A stretch of DNA of 64,000 nt from Bdellovibrionota bacterium (GCA_041751875.1 JBGSIC010000032.1:41118-105117), one strand, 5' to 3'. Positions 27,825-36,734 are shown, counted from the stretch's first letter. The notes: generated by a model from the sequence alone, not told the origin. Numbers and translations: made by a program.

Positions 27825-29657
27825 TTATTTTGCTCCAGCACCCACCAAGATGAGTTTCATTTGTTCGACCATGTCGAGTGTCGCCTGAGCCTCAGTCCTC
27901 TCTTCAGGTGTCTTGGCAGAACCGAAAGCCATCTTTGCGCTGGAGATGCGACCTTCCACCATTTTGAGGGGTGATTGGTTGAAAAGAGGAAGGTTTACGT
28001 CTGCCTTTGCCTCGACCAGTAGTTTCAGTATCTCGATGACATTGGGAGGGGGAGCAAAAATGGGCCGCACCACTAAGTGAAGGGGCGAAAAGCCCCCTAC
28101 ATTGACTGCATTTACGTTTGCGCCCGCATCGACCAGAAGCTTGGTGACCTTTGCAAAACCTCTTATGACGGAAGAATGCAAATAGGTGTCGTCGCCCCTT
28201 AACAAGCGGTTCGGGTTTGCCCCCAGTTCAAGCAGGCGTTTAACGACTTCAACTTGGTCGAGATCAACTGCAGAAACAAGGGGAGCCTCCTGTCCGACAA
28301 GGACGTCCACGTCGGCGCCTTTGGAATGAAGAAGATTGATGCTCTCCACACTTTTTGCGTGGAACATAGCGGTTCTGCCATCGTTTGCCCTGTGATTAAC
28401 CTCTACGCCTTGCTCGATGAGGTAACTCGCAATGGCGATGTTCTTGGAGCCGATGGCATCAAAAAGCAGAGTTCTGCCATCGTTGTCTTCATCCAAAACA
28501 TTCGCACCGCTTGCGACGAGAAACTTCACCAAATTTAAATCTTTCTTCCAGCATGCCTCGGATAAAGGAGTGCCGTCGTGACTATCTGTCGCATTTACAT
28601 CGGCGCCGGCACCGACGAGTAGCTTCGCGATTTCAAAGGTTTTGGCGCTGTGTAAAGGCGTTTGCTGGTTTTTATCTTTAGAAGTGACCTCTGCACCTTG
28701 CTCAATGAGATAGGAAACGATTGCGGTGTGACCTTGTTGAACGGCAAGATGAAGCGCGGTTTGCGCATCATTTTGCACTTCGTTTAATTCCGCGCCCTGG
28801 GAAACCAGTGCCGTTACTAAGCCTTCCATTCCCGCGCTTGCGGCAAGATGCAGAGCCGTTTCGCCAGCATTGTTTTTCTTTTTGATATCCGTTTTGGAAA
28901 CAAGGGTTTTGGCGAGGGTTTGATCTCCCCCTTTTATTGCGATGTGAAGTACTGAGTTGCCTGATTTATCGGCGATATTAAGAGAAGCGCCTTTGTCTAT
29001 CAAAACACTCGCAAATTCGGAGTTCTTATTAGTAAGCGCGACAAGCAGCGGTCTGTTGCTTTCGGGGCTCTCCATATCTGCGCCCTTTGCGATAAGTTCA
29101 TTAAAAAGGGTTTTGTTTCCCATCTCCATTGCTAGGAGAAGGGCGGTTTCATTGGACGCGTTTACATGATCCAGGTCGCAGCCGCTCACAGAAGCAAGTA
29201 AGCTCGCGGCCGGTAAATTCTTGTTAGCCAAGGCCACGAGTAAGGGAGTATTTCCTGAGCTACCGGAAGTTTGATTGATGTCTGCACCGGAAGCGATGAG
29301 AAGTTTGATAATGTGAAGTTGTTTCGTTTCGCCACCGAAGAATTTCACACTTTCTTCTAGAGCTAAGTGGAGCGGGTACTCTGACCGAGCGAAGCCCGTT
29401 GTTTTTTCTTTTGCGCTTGCACCCTGCTTTAGGGCTTTATCCACGCATGCGACGTTTGCCATTCCGATGGCTTGATCGAGTTCAGGGCTAGGTTCCATAC
29501 AACCGAAATCGGGAACCTGTCCCATTTCAGCCATTTCGCCTCCAAATCCGTGGGAGGGCATTCCCCCCAAGCCGTCTGGTGCGTCGGGAGAGCACCCCAC
29601 GAGAAACATCACAACCGTCAAACTGGCCTTCGTAAGAACACCGCAAACTTTTCGCAC
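27825..29657 (-). CDS. Ankyrin repeat lipoprotein
   Basis: LVGC lipobox and many G.T(A/P)LH.A / GADVN repeats. Confidence 0.9.
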   Translation of the reverse strand: MRKVCGVLTKASLTVVMFLVGCSPDAPDGLGGMPSHGFGGEMAEMGQVPDFGCMEPSPELDQAIGMANVACVDKALKQGASAKEKTTGFARSEYPLHLALEESVKFFGGETKQLHIIKLLIASGADINQTSGSSGNTPLLVALANKNLPAASLLASVSGCDLDHVNASNETALLLAMEMGNKTLFNELIAKGADMESPESNRPLLVALTNKNSEFASVLIDKGASLNIADKSGNSVLHIAIKGGDQTLAKTLVSKTDIKKKNNAGETALHLAASAGMEGLVTALVSQGAELNEVQNDAQTALHLAVQQGHTAIVSYLIEQGAEVTSKDKNQQTPLHSAKTFEIAKLLVGAGADVNATDSHDGTPLSEACWKKDLNLVKFLVASGANVLDEDNDGRTLLFDAIGSKNIAIASYLIEQGVEVNHRANDGRTAMFHAKSVESINLLHSKGADVDVLVGQEAPLVSAVDLDQVEVVKRLLELGANPNRLLRGDDTYLHSSVIRGFAKVTKLLVDAGANVNAVNVGGFSPLHLVVRPIFAPPPNVIEILKLLVEAKADVNLPLFNQSPLKMVEGRISSAKMAFGSAKTPEERTEAQATLDMVEQMKLILVGAGAK

Positions 29658-29682
29658 GCGCTACCTCCTAGCGCTCATACAG

Positions 29683-29698
29683 AGCAAAGATGGGGCCA
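29683..29698 (-). promoter_or_regulatory. Sigma-54 (-24/-12) promoter
   Basis: Minus strand TGGCCCCATCTTTGCT (GG-N10-GC), followed by SD aggagg of the ankyrin gene. Confidence 0.55.
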
Positions 29699-29873
29699 GA
29701 AAGTCGAGCCGAATTCAGGCATAACTTCCCTTAAAAACTAGGGAAACGTCTCAGCCTTGATTAAAAACAGTCTCAGATCTGAAAAAGCGAGTCTGCCGTT
29801 GGGGCAGGTGTTTGCGGCTCGTACCTCATTTATGATATAGTGCGTCATGTTTTCCTGACATGGGGGTAAACAC

Positions 29874-31202
29874 TTGAATTTATTTATTAAGTTTATATTT
29901 TGTGGCTTTCTTTTTTGCGTGCCCGCCTTTGGCCACGTCTGCAGGCTGCTCCTATTGGGGGCCTATTCCGCGGGGGCGGATTTGGGGCTGCGGACGACCG
30001 AGCAGGGGCTTGAGGCGGTACACGTTCATCCCCGCCCTGAGAAGATTTTGGAACCGTTCTATATGAGGTCGTGGAGGGGGGATACCTATTCCGCGCATTA
30101 TGAATTTTCTGGCAGGCAAGAGGACGCAGAAAATTTGATTCGAACCATTGCGCCCGATCATGTGTTGTTAGGATCGGGAGCGGGCGTCCAAGAATACCAG
30201 TACCTGGCGCAAGCCGCCCTTAATTTGGGTATTCCTCTTTTGGCGAACAATCCCGTCGTGAATCCTGCCCTGATAGACAAGGCGGAATTTTATCGTAGCG
30301 TAAAAGATCTTCCCGGAATTTTTATCCCCCCGTTTATTGCTTCAGAAGATCCTGCTGTGCTCGCCCAATGGGCGGAAACTCAAAGTGGCCCCTTGGTGCT
30401 AAAGCCCAGCGCCGGCGGAGGGACAGTCGGCGGACGGGTCGTGGATCCTTCCGAAGTGTTCGAAAGAGCGGGTGAACTTCTCGAGCGAAGTCACGGCATG
30501 ATCAAGTCGCATCGTATGATTCTGATGCCCTATTTGGGGGGAGAAGAATATGCGGTGAATATTATTTTCAGAAGGGGAGATCCTCTTGTGACAGGGGTTT
30601 GGTCTTATAAGAGAAAACGCCTCCCGGGCGCTCTTATCCGCTACGAAGCCGATTGGTTGATGGATCCCCATTCTCCTATTGCAACTCAACTCATTTCGGC
30701 TGCGACTGCCATCGCGCGGCACCAAGGCTTGAAGGTCGGTGCGCTTCACATTGAGTTTAAGATTTTACCGGATGGAAAAATTGTGCCCCTCGATCCCAAC
30801 CCGCGTTTACCAGGTGGCGGGCATGTGCCCATGGAAACTTTGGCGACGGGCCGCGATCCCAGAACACTCTACGTGGCGTCTTACACGGATCCTAATAAGC
30901 TCGATAAAGAACCCTTCTTATACACGCGCGAAAAATTTGCTGTGGGTGTCTTTCTCAGTACCGAGGGAAACAAACGCTACACGAGTGCCCCGCTGGCAGG
31001 AATAGAAAAGCGTGCGAAAGAACTCGGTGTGGAATTGGATTATAAGGCGGAGTACGAAGAAGACGCTGTAATGGTAAGGACCGTCGATGCGGATACCGTT
31101 GTGGGTTGGTTTCGGGTAGTGGGACCCTCAGAAGACAGTACTCGCGAGATCATGCGCCTGATTGAGCTCTCCAGAGACGCGGGTGAATTCGAGAAGGATT
31201 AG
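29874..31202 (+). CDS. ATP-grasp domain protein (L-amino acid ligase-like)
   Basis: DK, PLVLKPSAGGG, YLGGEEYAVN, GALHIEF and NPRLPGG. Confidence 0.8.
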   Translation: MNLFIKFIFCGFLFCVPAFGHVCRLLLLGAYSAGADLGLRTTEQGLEAVHVHPRPEKILEPFYMRSWRGDTYSAHYEFSGRQEDAENLIRTIAPDHVLLGSGAGVQEYQYLAQAALNLGIPLLANNPVVNPALIDKAEFYRSVKDLPGIFIPPFIASEDPAVLAQWAETQSGPLVLKPSAGGGTVGGRVVDPSEVFERAGELLERSHGMIKSHRMILMPYLGGEEYAVNIIFRRGDPLVTGVWSYKRKRLPGALIRYEADWLMDPHSPIATQLISAATAIARHQGLKVGALHIEFKILPDGKIVPLDPNPRLPGGGHVPMETLATGRDPRTLYVASYTDPNKLDKEPFLYTREKFAVGVFLSTEGNKRYTSAPLAGIEKRAKELGVELDYKAEYEEDAVMVRTVDADTVVGWFRVVGPSEDSTREIMRLIELSRDAGEFEKD

Positions 31203-31236
31203 CAGCGTTGTACGCGCGGAAGGATTTGCATACAAA
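31201..31236 (+). pseudogene. Orphan 3' tip homologous to the lipoprotein gene at 36266-36643
   Basis: 31 of 36 nt identical to 36587-36622 (SSVVRAEGFAYK vs SSVLYADGFAYK). Confidence 0.6.
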
Positions 31237-31346
31237 ACTAGAGGTCTGGAAAGAGATTGGAGCAGTGAGTCCGATTGCTGCGAATTTTGCTACATGGCAT
31301 CGTTCGTCCTTTGCATTGATTGGCGAGTCAGGTCCCCTCCGGTTGT

Positions 31347-31520
31347 TCCTTTTTATTGCGCGATTACGGTCTTGAAGAAACGCTTTTGATTCGGCATATT
31401 TCGGTGAAAGGTTTGGCCCACGCGTGGAGCGGGGGACCAGTGGGTGTCTTGCACAGTGACCCGAAGGGTCCCGACGCAACCGCATTGGCACTCGATTTCT
31501 TTAAGGAAATTTCCCCTTAG
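31347..31520 (+). pseudogene. Truncated 3' fragment of PHB depolymerase-family esterase
   Basis: 45 of 57 aa identical to the C-terminus encoded at 150-323; in-frame stop at 31317-31319 upstream. Confidence 0.8.
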
Positions 31521-31527
31521 GATCCGC

Positions 31528-32313
31528 ATGCAAAAATTTCACGACGGACTCACGGCTCTTATCACAGGGAGCACGAGTGGCATTGGCCTCGGCATGGCAC
31601 GAACGTTTCTGGCGAAGAGGATCCCTGTCGTCTTGCACGGCTTGGAAAAACAAGGTCCCGCTCTTGCTTCCCAATTAAGTAAAGAGTTCGATGTCCCCGT
31701 TTTTCATTCAGCAGCTAATCTCGCCCATTCAGGGGAAATCGAGAACCTTGTGGAGTTTGCCACCGCTAGCTTGGGGAAAATTGATATTTTAGTGAATAAC
31801 GCTGGGATTCAGTTCGTTTCTCCGATCGATACATTCCCCAGCGAGAAGTGGGATCAGATTCTTCAGATTAACCTGACTGCTCCCTTTCTCCTTTCCAAAG
31901 CAGTGTGGCCCCAGATGAAGTCGCGCGGATTTGGACGTATTATTAATATAGCGTCGGTGCATGGTTTGCGTGCTTCGGAGTATAAAGCGGCGTATGTTGC
32001 CGCTAAGCACGGTTTAGTAGGGCTAACAAAAGTACAAGCTCTAGAAGGGGCGGGACTTGGGATCACTGCCAACGCACTTTGTCCCGGCTATGTGCGGACA
32101 CCCTTAGTGGAAAATCAGATTGCTGATCAAGCTCGTGCTCACTCCCTCTCTCCGGAAAGGGTGGTCTCGGAAGTTCTCTTGAAGAAACAGCCTGTTAAAG
32201 AATTTGTGTCTATCGAAGCAATTGGAGAATTAGCGCTTTACCTGGTTTCTTTACCGGCGTTCGCTGTTACCGGGACCACGTTTTCCCTCGATGGCGGTTG
32301 GACGGCGCAATAG
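31528..32313 (+). CDS. bdhA: 3-hydroxybutyrate dehydrogenase
   Basis: TGSTSGIG, NNAGIQFVSPI, IASVHGL.AS.YKAAYVAAKHG, CPGYVRTPLVENQI and DGGWTAQ. Confidence 0.9.
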   Translation: MQKFHDGLTALITGSTSGIGLGMARTFLAKRIPVVLHGLEKQGPALASQLSKEFDVPVFHSAANLAHSGEIENLVEFATASLGKIDILVNNAGIQFVSPIDTFPSEKWDQILQINLTAPFLLSKAVWPQMKSRGFGRIINIASVHGLRASEYKAAYVAAKHGLVGLTKVQALEGAGLGITANALCPGYVRTPLVENQIADQARAHSLSPERVVSEVLLKKQPVKEFVSIEAIGELALYLVSLPAFAVTGTTFSLDGGWTAQ

Positions 32314-32423
32314 CATCGACCATGGCTTAAGAACCAGCAGCCTTGTCACTCTAACGAGATTCCTCGTGGAGAGGATTAAATGATGGTGAAATACACTGTC
32401 ATTAATCAAAACGAAGTCGAGAA

Positions 32424-32465
32424 TGGGCCCGCCGTGACTTGAACACGGAACCCCCAGATTAGAAA
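32424..32465 (-). repeat. Copy 1 of tRNA-Arg 3' half (att-like direct repeat)
   Basis: 42 of 42 identical to 36735-36776. Confidence 0.95.
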
Positions 32466-32827
32466 ACGACGTGGGCGCTACGCTGCCCGCGTCGGAGTTG
32501 ACGTAATCAAACAATATTAACCAGTTGGAGTGAGGCTTCTTTCGTCTGGGTGTCTGAATTGGGACTAAAACCGACCAGGGAATCGACCAAGAAGGGAAGT
32601 GGTGTTTCAGGACTCCAAGTCCACGGGTGACCTTCCGTGCTCCCATAGTTCAAGAAACATTTCCTCGAATCCATGGAACAACGAAGGGGTAGAGTCCTCA
32701 AAAACGGCTAGAGGGCCTTCGCTGCATCGCCGGTATATTCAAAGCATGTTGTCGTTTGCTCCGGTCTCAAGACTGATACATTTCTCAAATTCAAAACAGC
32801 AAAGAGCGTGACGGGTGCCTAAAGATC

Positions 32828-32843
32828 TGGCACTCCTTTTGCT
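32828..32843 (+). promoter_or_regulatory. Sigma-54 (-24/-12) promoter
   Basis: TGGCACTCCTTTTGCT, followed by SD aaggag before GTG 32886. Confidence 0.7.
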
Positions 32844-32885
32844 TTTTGATCCTATGTGGCCCCTAACGGGTCGAAGGAGTAGGCA

Positions 32886-34907
32886 GTGAAGAAAATATTG
32901 TTGCTTGGTGTGGTATCTCTTTTGGTCCTAAATGGTTGTGGTCAAACCCCCAACGAGGGAATCGGAAGTGGGGAAGAGATTGTCAAAGACAAAGGCTCTG
33001 ACTTTGAGCACATCGCTCTTCCGCCAGAAAAGCCCTACAAGTCTCTGGACTCTCTATTCAAGAACCCAGCCGAAGAAATTCTTCGTGCCTCAGATCGTGC
33101 TGCGGTTCGCTATAAGCTCCGGACACACGCTTCACCTTCAAAGCTTTACCACTATGAACTGAAAAAACTAATGGAGAACCTCTCTTCCGTGACCCTGGAA
33201 GATATCCTAAATATTACGGATGGATTTTACGTTTCTGGAGTAAGACACCGCGAATTGCGGGCTGAGCTCTCTAAACTATCTAATGAGAATCCGGAGCAAA
33301 TGAGACGGAAACTGACCATTGAACGAGACTTTGCCTCGGCGAGAGACCTAGCTCACCTCTGCAATGAGACGATCTTGCTTGGCCTCGAGAAACGGGCAGG
33401 GAAGGTATCGGATGACAGTTGGGCCCGTCTGGCAAGTGTCATTGTTCCCGGCGAGGGGAGCGAGGAAATTCTGCGCCAAATGATCGATGTTCCCAATATT
33501 GAAAGCGAAGAGTCTCTGAAAGTGGCGCTTGATCTGGCCATCGAAAAGAAAGCGGAGAAGCTTGCCGCAGAGCTTGCGGTGAGTCACTTCCAGAATCACA
33601 CTTCTCAAGGCAGAGAAGATGCTCGCGCTCTGTTGCGCCGCTTGAAGGGAGTCAGCCTCATGAAGGTGGCCGACAAAATAAACTTCCGTATTGAAGAGGA
33701 GCCCGTGAACTTCCAGAAAGAGCTTGTGGCAGCCGCGGAAGAGGATGACTATCAGGTAGTTGCCGAGCTCGGAGGACAGGCCCCCTTCCGGACCCTCGTG
33801 GAGAGAGCGGAGTGGGTGCAACCCCAGCGGCGTCAGGCCTACCTCATCCATATTGCCCTTCACTATGCCACTTTTGAAGATGCTGATCTGGGTGCGTTTA
33901 TGGATGATTTAAGTGAGCTCAATCGGGAACGATTTTTCACGAGCCCGTTTCATGTGAGCCTCTTTATAAAGCGTCTTTCCATTTCGTTGGATGACCTTAA
34001 GGAGAGGCTGGGGGCGCTTTCAGTCGACGCCCGATTCTTGTTGATGAAGGAGTTTGATGCGGAACGCACCGCCAGAGATATTGCCTATCCCGCATACACC
34101 GATTACTTTTTTGCTCAATTGCCGCTCGATAATAAACTCGCTGAGTTCGCGGCGCTGGCATTTAAGAATCAAAGATTCCCTATTTCAAATGAAAAACTAT
34201 TCGACCTAATTGCGACGAGTTCTTTGTCTGAAGAAGATAAAGCGGCGTATCTCAACGCGGATGAGAGATCAGAGATCTCGGTAAATGCAATCAGGAAAGT
34301 TTTGGCCAGTCTAACGCCTTCGAGCTATGAAAGGCTGCTCCAGGTTGTAACGACGAAGAATCTGGGCCCCATAACGGGTGACGAAGTGGAGGAGATTGCC
34401 AACATTGTGAAAGAAACCAGACCTACCTTGGCTAAAACTTGGTATCTCGTGGCTGTGCCTAAAGCTAGAAAAGGGACACTAGAGATGTCCACGATTACCG
34501 CTTTCATTGGCAATCACTGGGAGAAGCGGAGAGAACGCGCCGACTCCATTTATTTTCTCAATCTCTATGGCAACGTACCCAAGGTGGAGTTCTTCTTGGC
34601 GGCAGCGAATGCGATCGGATGGGACCGCACCGATAGCGGCGTAGAGTATTTGTACACCAATGCATCTCAATTAGATGAAGACTCCATTAGTTTGGATGAG
34701 CTCAGAAAATACATCGGAACTTTCATGCGGCATGCTCTTTACGGTGAGCACAGGCGTGCGAATGAGGTGGCCGCGACGTGCTACGAGGCACTCCATACCA
34801 GCGCTCAGACCCAGGAGAGTATCGATGCGATTGCGGAGATGCTGAAAACATCTGTGGGCGAAAATGCCCGCTTCCTGGAATTGGTCGCCAAGATAGAGCC
34901 TCGTTGA
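32886..34907 (+). CDS. Large hypothetical lipoprotein (helical-looking)
   Basis: MKKILLLGVVSLLVLNGC lipobox; 673-aa ORF. Confidence 0.75.
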   Translation: MKKILLLGVVSLLVLNGCGQTPNEGIGSGEEIVKDKGSDFEHIALPPEKPYKSLDSLFKNPAEEILRASDRAAVRYKLRTHASPSKLYHYELKKLMENLSSVTLEDILNITDGFYVSGVRHRELRAELSKLSNENPEQMRRKLTIERDFASARDLAHLCNETILLGLEKRAGKVSDDSWARLASVIVPGEGSEEILRQMIDVPNIESEESLKVALDLAIEKKAEKLAAELAVSHFQNHTSQGREDARALLRRLKGVSLMKVADKINFRIEEEPVNFQKELVAAAEEDDYQVVAELGGQAPFRTLVERAEWVQPQRRQAYLIHIALHYATFEDADLGAFMDDLSELNRERFFTSPFHVSLFIKRLSISLDDLKERLGALSVDARFLLMKEFDAERTARDIAYPAYTDYFFAQLPLDNKLAEFAALAFKNQRFPISNEKLFDLIATSSLSEEDKAAYLNADERSEISVNAIRKVLASLTPSSYERLLQVVTTKNLGPITGDEVEEIANIVKETRPTLAKTWYLVAVPKARKGTLEMSTITAFIGNHWEKRRERADSIYFLNLYGNVPKVEFFLAAANAIGWDRTDSGVEYLYTNASQLDEDSISLDELRKYIGTFMRHALYGEHRRANEVAATCYEALHTSAQTQESIDAIAEMLKTSVGENARFLELVAKIEPR

Positions 34908-34944
34908 ACTGCTTCCTTCTGTGTGTATCGAGAAGCCGTCGCAA

Positions 34945-34980
34945 CCCCGCTGAAATGCTCGGTAACTAACCGAATATCGA
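34945..34980. repeat. 36-bp non-tRNA direct repeat (second copy at 35915-35950)
   Basis: CCCCGCTGAAATGCTCGGTAACTAACCGAATATCGA is identical in both copies and contains the inverted repeat TCGGT-AACTA-ACCGA. Confidence 0.9.
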
Positions 34981-34994
34981 AGCGAAGCGGAGAT

Positions 34995-35036
34995 TGGGCC
35001 CGCCGTGACTTGAACACGGAGCCCCCAGGTTAGAAA
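34995..35036 (-). repeat. Copy 2 of tRNA-Arg 3' half
   Basis: 40 of 42 identical to 36735-36776. Confidence 0.95.
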
Positions 35037-35965
35037 CGACTCGGAGGTCGCCCTCCTAGGCGCGGTTCAGGTCTACATAGACCATCTAGTGGTTTTAGGC
35101 TTTTCAATTTGCGGCGACGTATTCGGCATCAATGACTAGACTCACCTTACGATTCTCCATATTTCCGGAAACATAAAGACCGTAAGTAGTCTCGGTTTTT
35201 CGGTAGAAGATAGCTTCGAGCCCGGCTTCCCTAGTTTCTTGGAGGGTTTTTCTCAGGCTTCCAGCGCGGTTGTTAGTGTCCCAGGAGAATTTATTTCTGT
35301 CGCGTGTTTGTTCGCCATTTAACTCAAACGTAGCCTCTAGCCCTCTCGATGATTTCCCTTCCTTTCCCTCCAACTGTAAAGCGATTTCCATTTTCCCAGA
35401 TATATATCCTTTCGGAAGTTGGTTCATATCGGTACAAAGGAAACGCTGTCTTACTTCGGGGTTCGCGAGATCAGAGGTTGATGAGATGACTGATTCCACT
35501 TGCGCGACACCAGTTAGGGTTTTTCCATCTTTATCAAGAGAAACTCTTTGTTCCCAGCGAACGCTTCTCAAGCGCAGCTTAGCGGTATCGGGTAAGTCGC
35601 TTACAAAAATTTCCGTTGAACGAAAGTCCTGCGGAGTAGTGGTTAAAGGCGAGCATTTGCTGTTCGCTCGATTTCCAGCGCCATCACCTTGTATTTCGGT
35701 GTTTTTGTCTCCGCAGCCTGAAAAGGCGAAAAGGGCCATCGCTAGAACGACTTTCTTAGTAGGCATAGTGAGTCTCCTGTGCAGTTCAGATAGGCCTTTT
35801 CTTTGAACTATGCAAGCCATAGTGCAAAGCTGTGGCAACACGCCAGGTCGCGAGTTCAATCAACTTGAGAGTCGGACATGAAATCGACCACGCGGCTAAA
35901 AAGAAGGAGGGAAGCCCCGCTGAAATGCTCGGTAACTAACCGAATATCGAGGAAAAAGCTGAGAT
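35037..35965. mobile_element. Cassette B: integrase-less mini-island
   Basis: Bounded by 42-bp repeats; carries one lipoprotein gene on the minus strand. Confidence 0.6.
35104..35766 (-). CDS. Hypothetical lipoprotein
   Basis: SD aggag and MPTKKVVLAMALFAFSGC lipobox. Confidence 0.75.
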   Translation of the reverse strand: MPTKKVVLAMALFAFSGCGDKNTEIQGDGAGNRANSKCSPLTTTPQDFRSTEIFVSDLPDTAKLRLRSVRWEQRVSLDKDGKTLTGVAQVESVISSTSDLANPEVRQRFLCTDMNQLPKGYISGKMEIALQLEGKEGKSSRGLEATFELNGEQTRDRNKFSWDTNNRAGSLRKTLQETREAGLEAIFYRKTETTYGLYVSGNMENRKVSLVIDAEYVAAN

Positions 35966-36007
35966 TGGGCCCGCCGTGACTTGAACACGGAACCCCCAGA
36001 TTAGAAA
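35966..36007 (-). repeat. Copy 3 of tRNA-Arg 3' half
   Basis: 42 of 42 identical to 36735-36776. Confidence 0.95.
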
Positions 36008-36734
36008 ACGACTCGGGCGCTTCGCCGCCCTCGTCGTAGATCAGGTAAGGCGCAGCGCCTTTTCACTAACACGTCGAAATGCAAAAGGCCTGACAGGCGG
36101 CAATTTGGCCGGCGATTGCACGCAGGAGCGCTTTCGTCTCCCGTAAACGTCTTTCGATTCCGGCGCTAAAAAGCACAGAGTTGGAGCGAGATTCGGTGAT
36201 GTCCACAAAAGTCCCACATTTAGTATTTTTCCACTATATTGATAGGCGAGAAAGGAGGGAAGGCTATGTATCGTTTTCTCATCGCTCAATTTCACCTGGT
36301 GGCCATTGTGGTGCTCTTTGGGTGTGCTCATTCCCCCGGTGGTTTTTTAGTGCAGCGAACCCAAAATTCTTACAGCATCTTCGTGGGGGGGGCCGTTAAG
36401 GATAAAGAAAATTCATTTTTTGCTGGCGCATATAACATCTGTCTCGACAAGCATCAGAGCGGATTTAAAGTTCAGAGTCGGACTTCTGATCAGTATGGTT
36501 CCATTGACGCAACAGTAGTGTGCGAAGGGAATCCGGATAAATTTCTGGCGAGCAAATACGCAAATCGAAAAATAAAGCTCGAGAGAAGCAGCGTTTTATA
36601 CGCGGATGGCTTTGCATACAAAGTCATCGACACAAGGAATTGAAGAGATTCGTGATGCCGTGATTTATTGCAGTTCGGGGAGAAATTGGAGAGCGACTAT
36701 TTACTATCGGGCTGAAGCAAGGGTTTGATGAAAA
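36008..36734. mobile_element. Cassette A: integrase-less mini-island adjacent to the tRNA
   Basis: Lies between repeat copy 3 and the tRNA 3' end; carries one lipoprotein gene. Confidence 0.6.
36266..36643 (+). CDS. Small hypothetical lipoprotein
   Basis: SD aggagg and MYRFLIAQFHLVAIVVLFGC lipobox. Confidence 0.7.
   Translation: MYRFLIAQFHLVAIVVLFGCAHSPGGFLVQRTQNSYSIFVGGAVKDKENSFFAGAYNICLDKHQSGFKVQSRTSDQYGSIDATVVCEGNPDKFLASKYANRKIKLERSSVLYADGFAYKVIDTRN

Larger units (their letters stand above)
32466..34994. mobile_element. Cassette C: integrase-less mini-island between tRNA 3'-half repeats
   Basis: Bounded by 42-bp repeats; carries one lipoprotein gene. Confidence 0.6.

Noticed and set aside
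35810-35827. Possible sigma-54 promoter for the cassette B gene (minus strand TTGCACTATGGCTTGCA)
   Set aside because: Lacks the -24 GG and the spacing is one base too long.
32424-36007. The 42-bp repeats as a CRISPR array or as additional tRNA genes
   Set aside because: Spacing is 0.8-2.6 kb with genes in between and no cas genes; the copies lack the acceptor 5' strand, D arm and 5' anticodon stem.
36106-36120. Possible sigma-54 promoter for the cassette A gene (TGGCCGGCGATTGCA)
   Set aside because: GG-to-GC spacing is 9 rather than 10.
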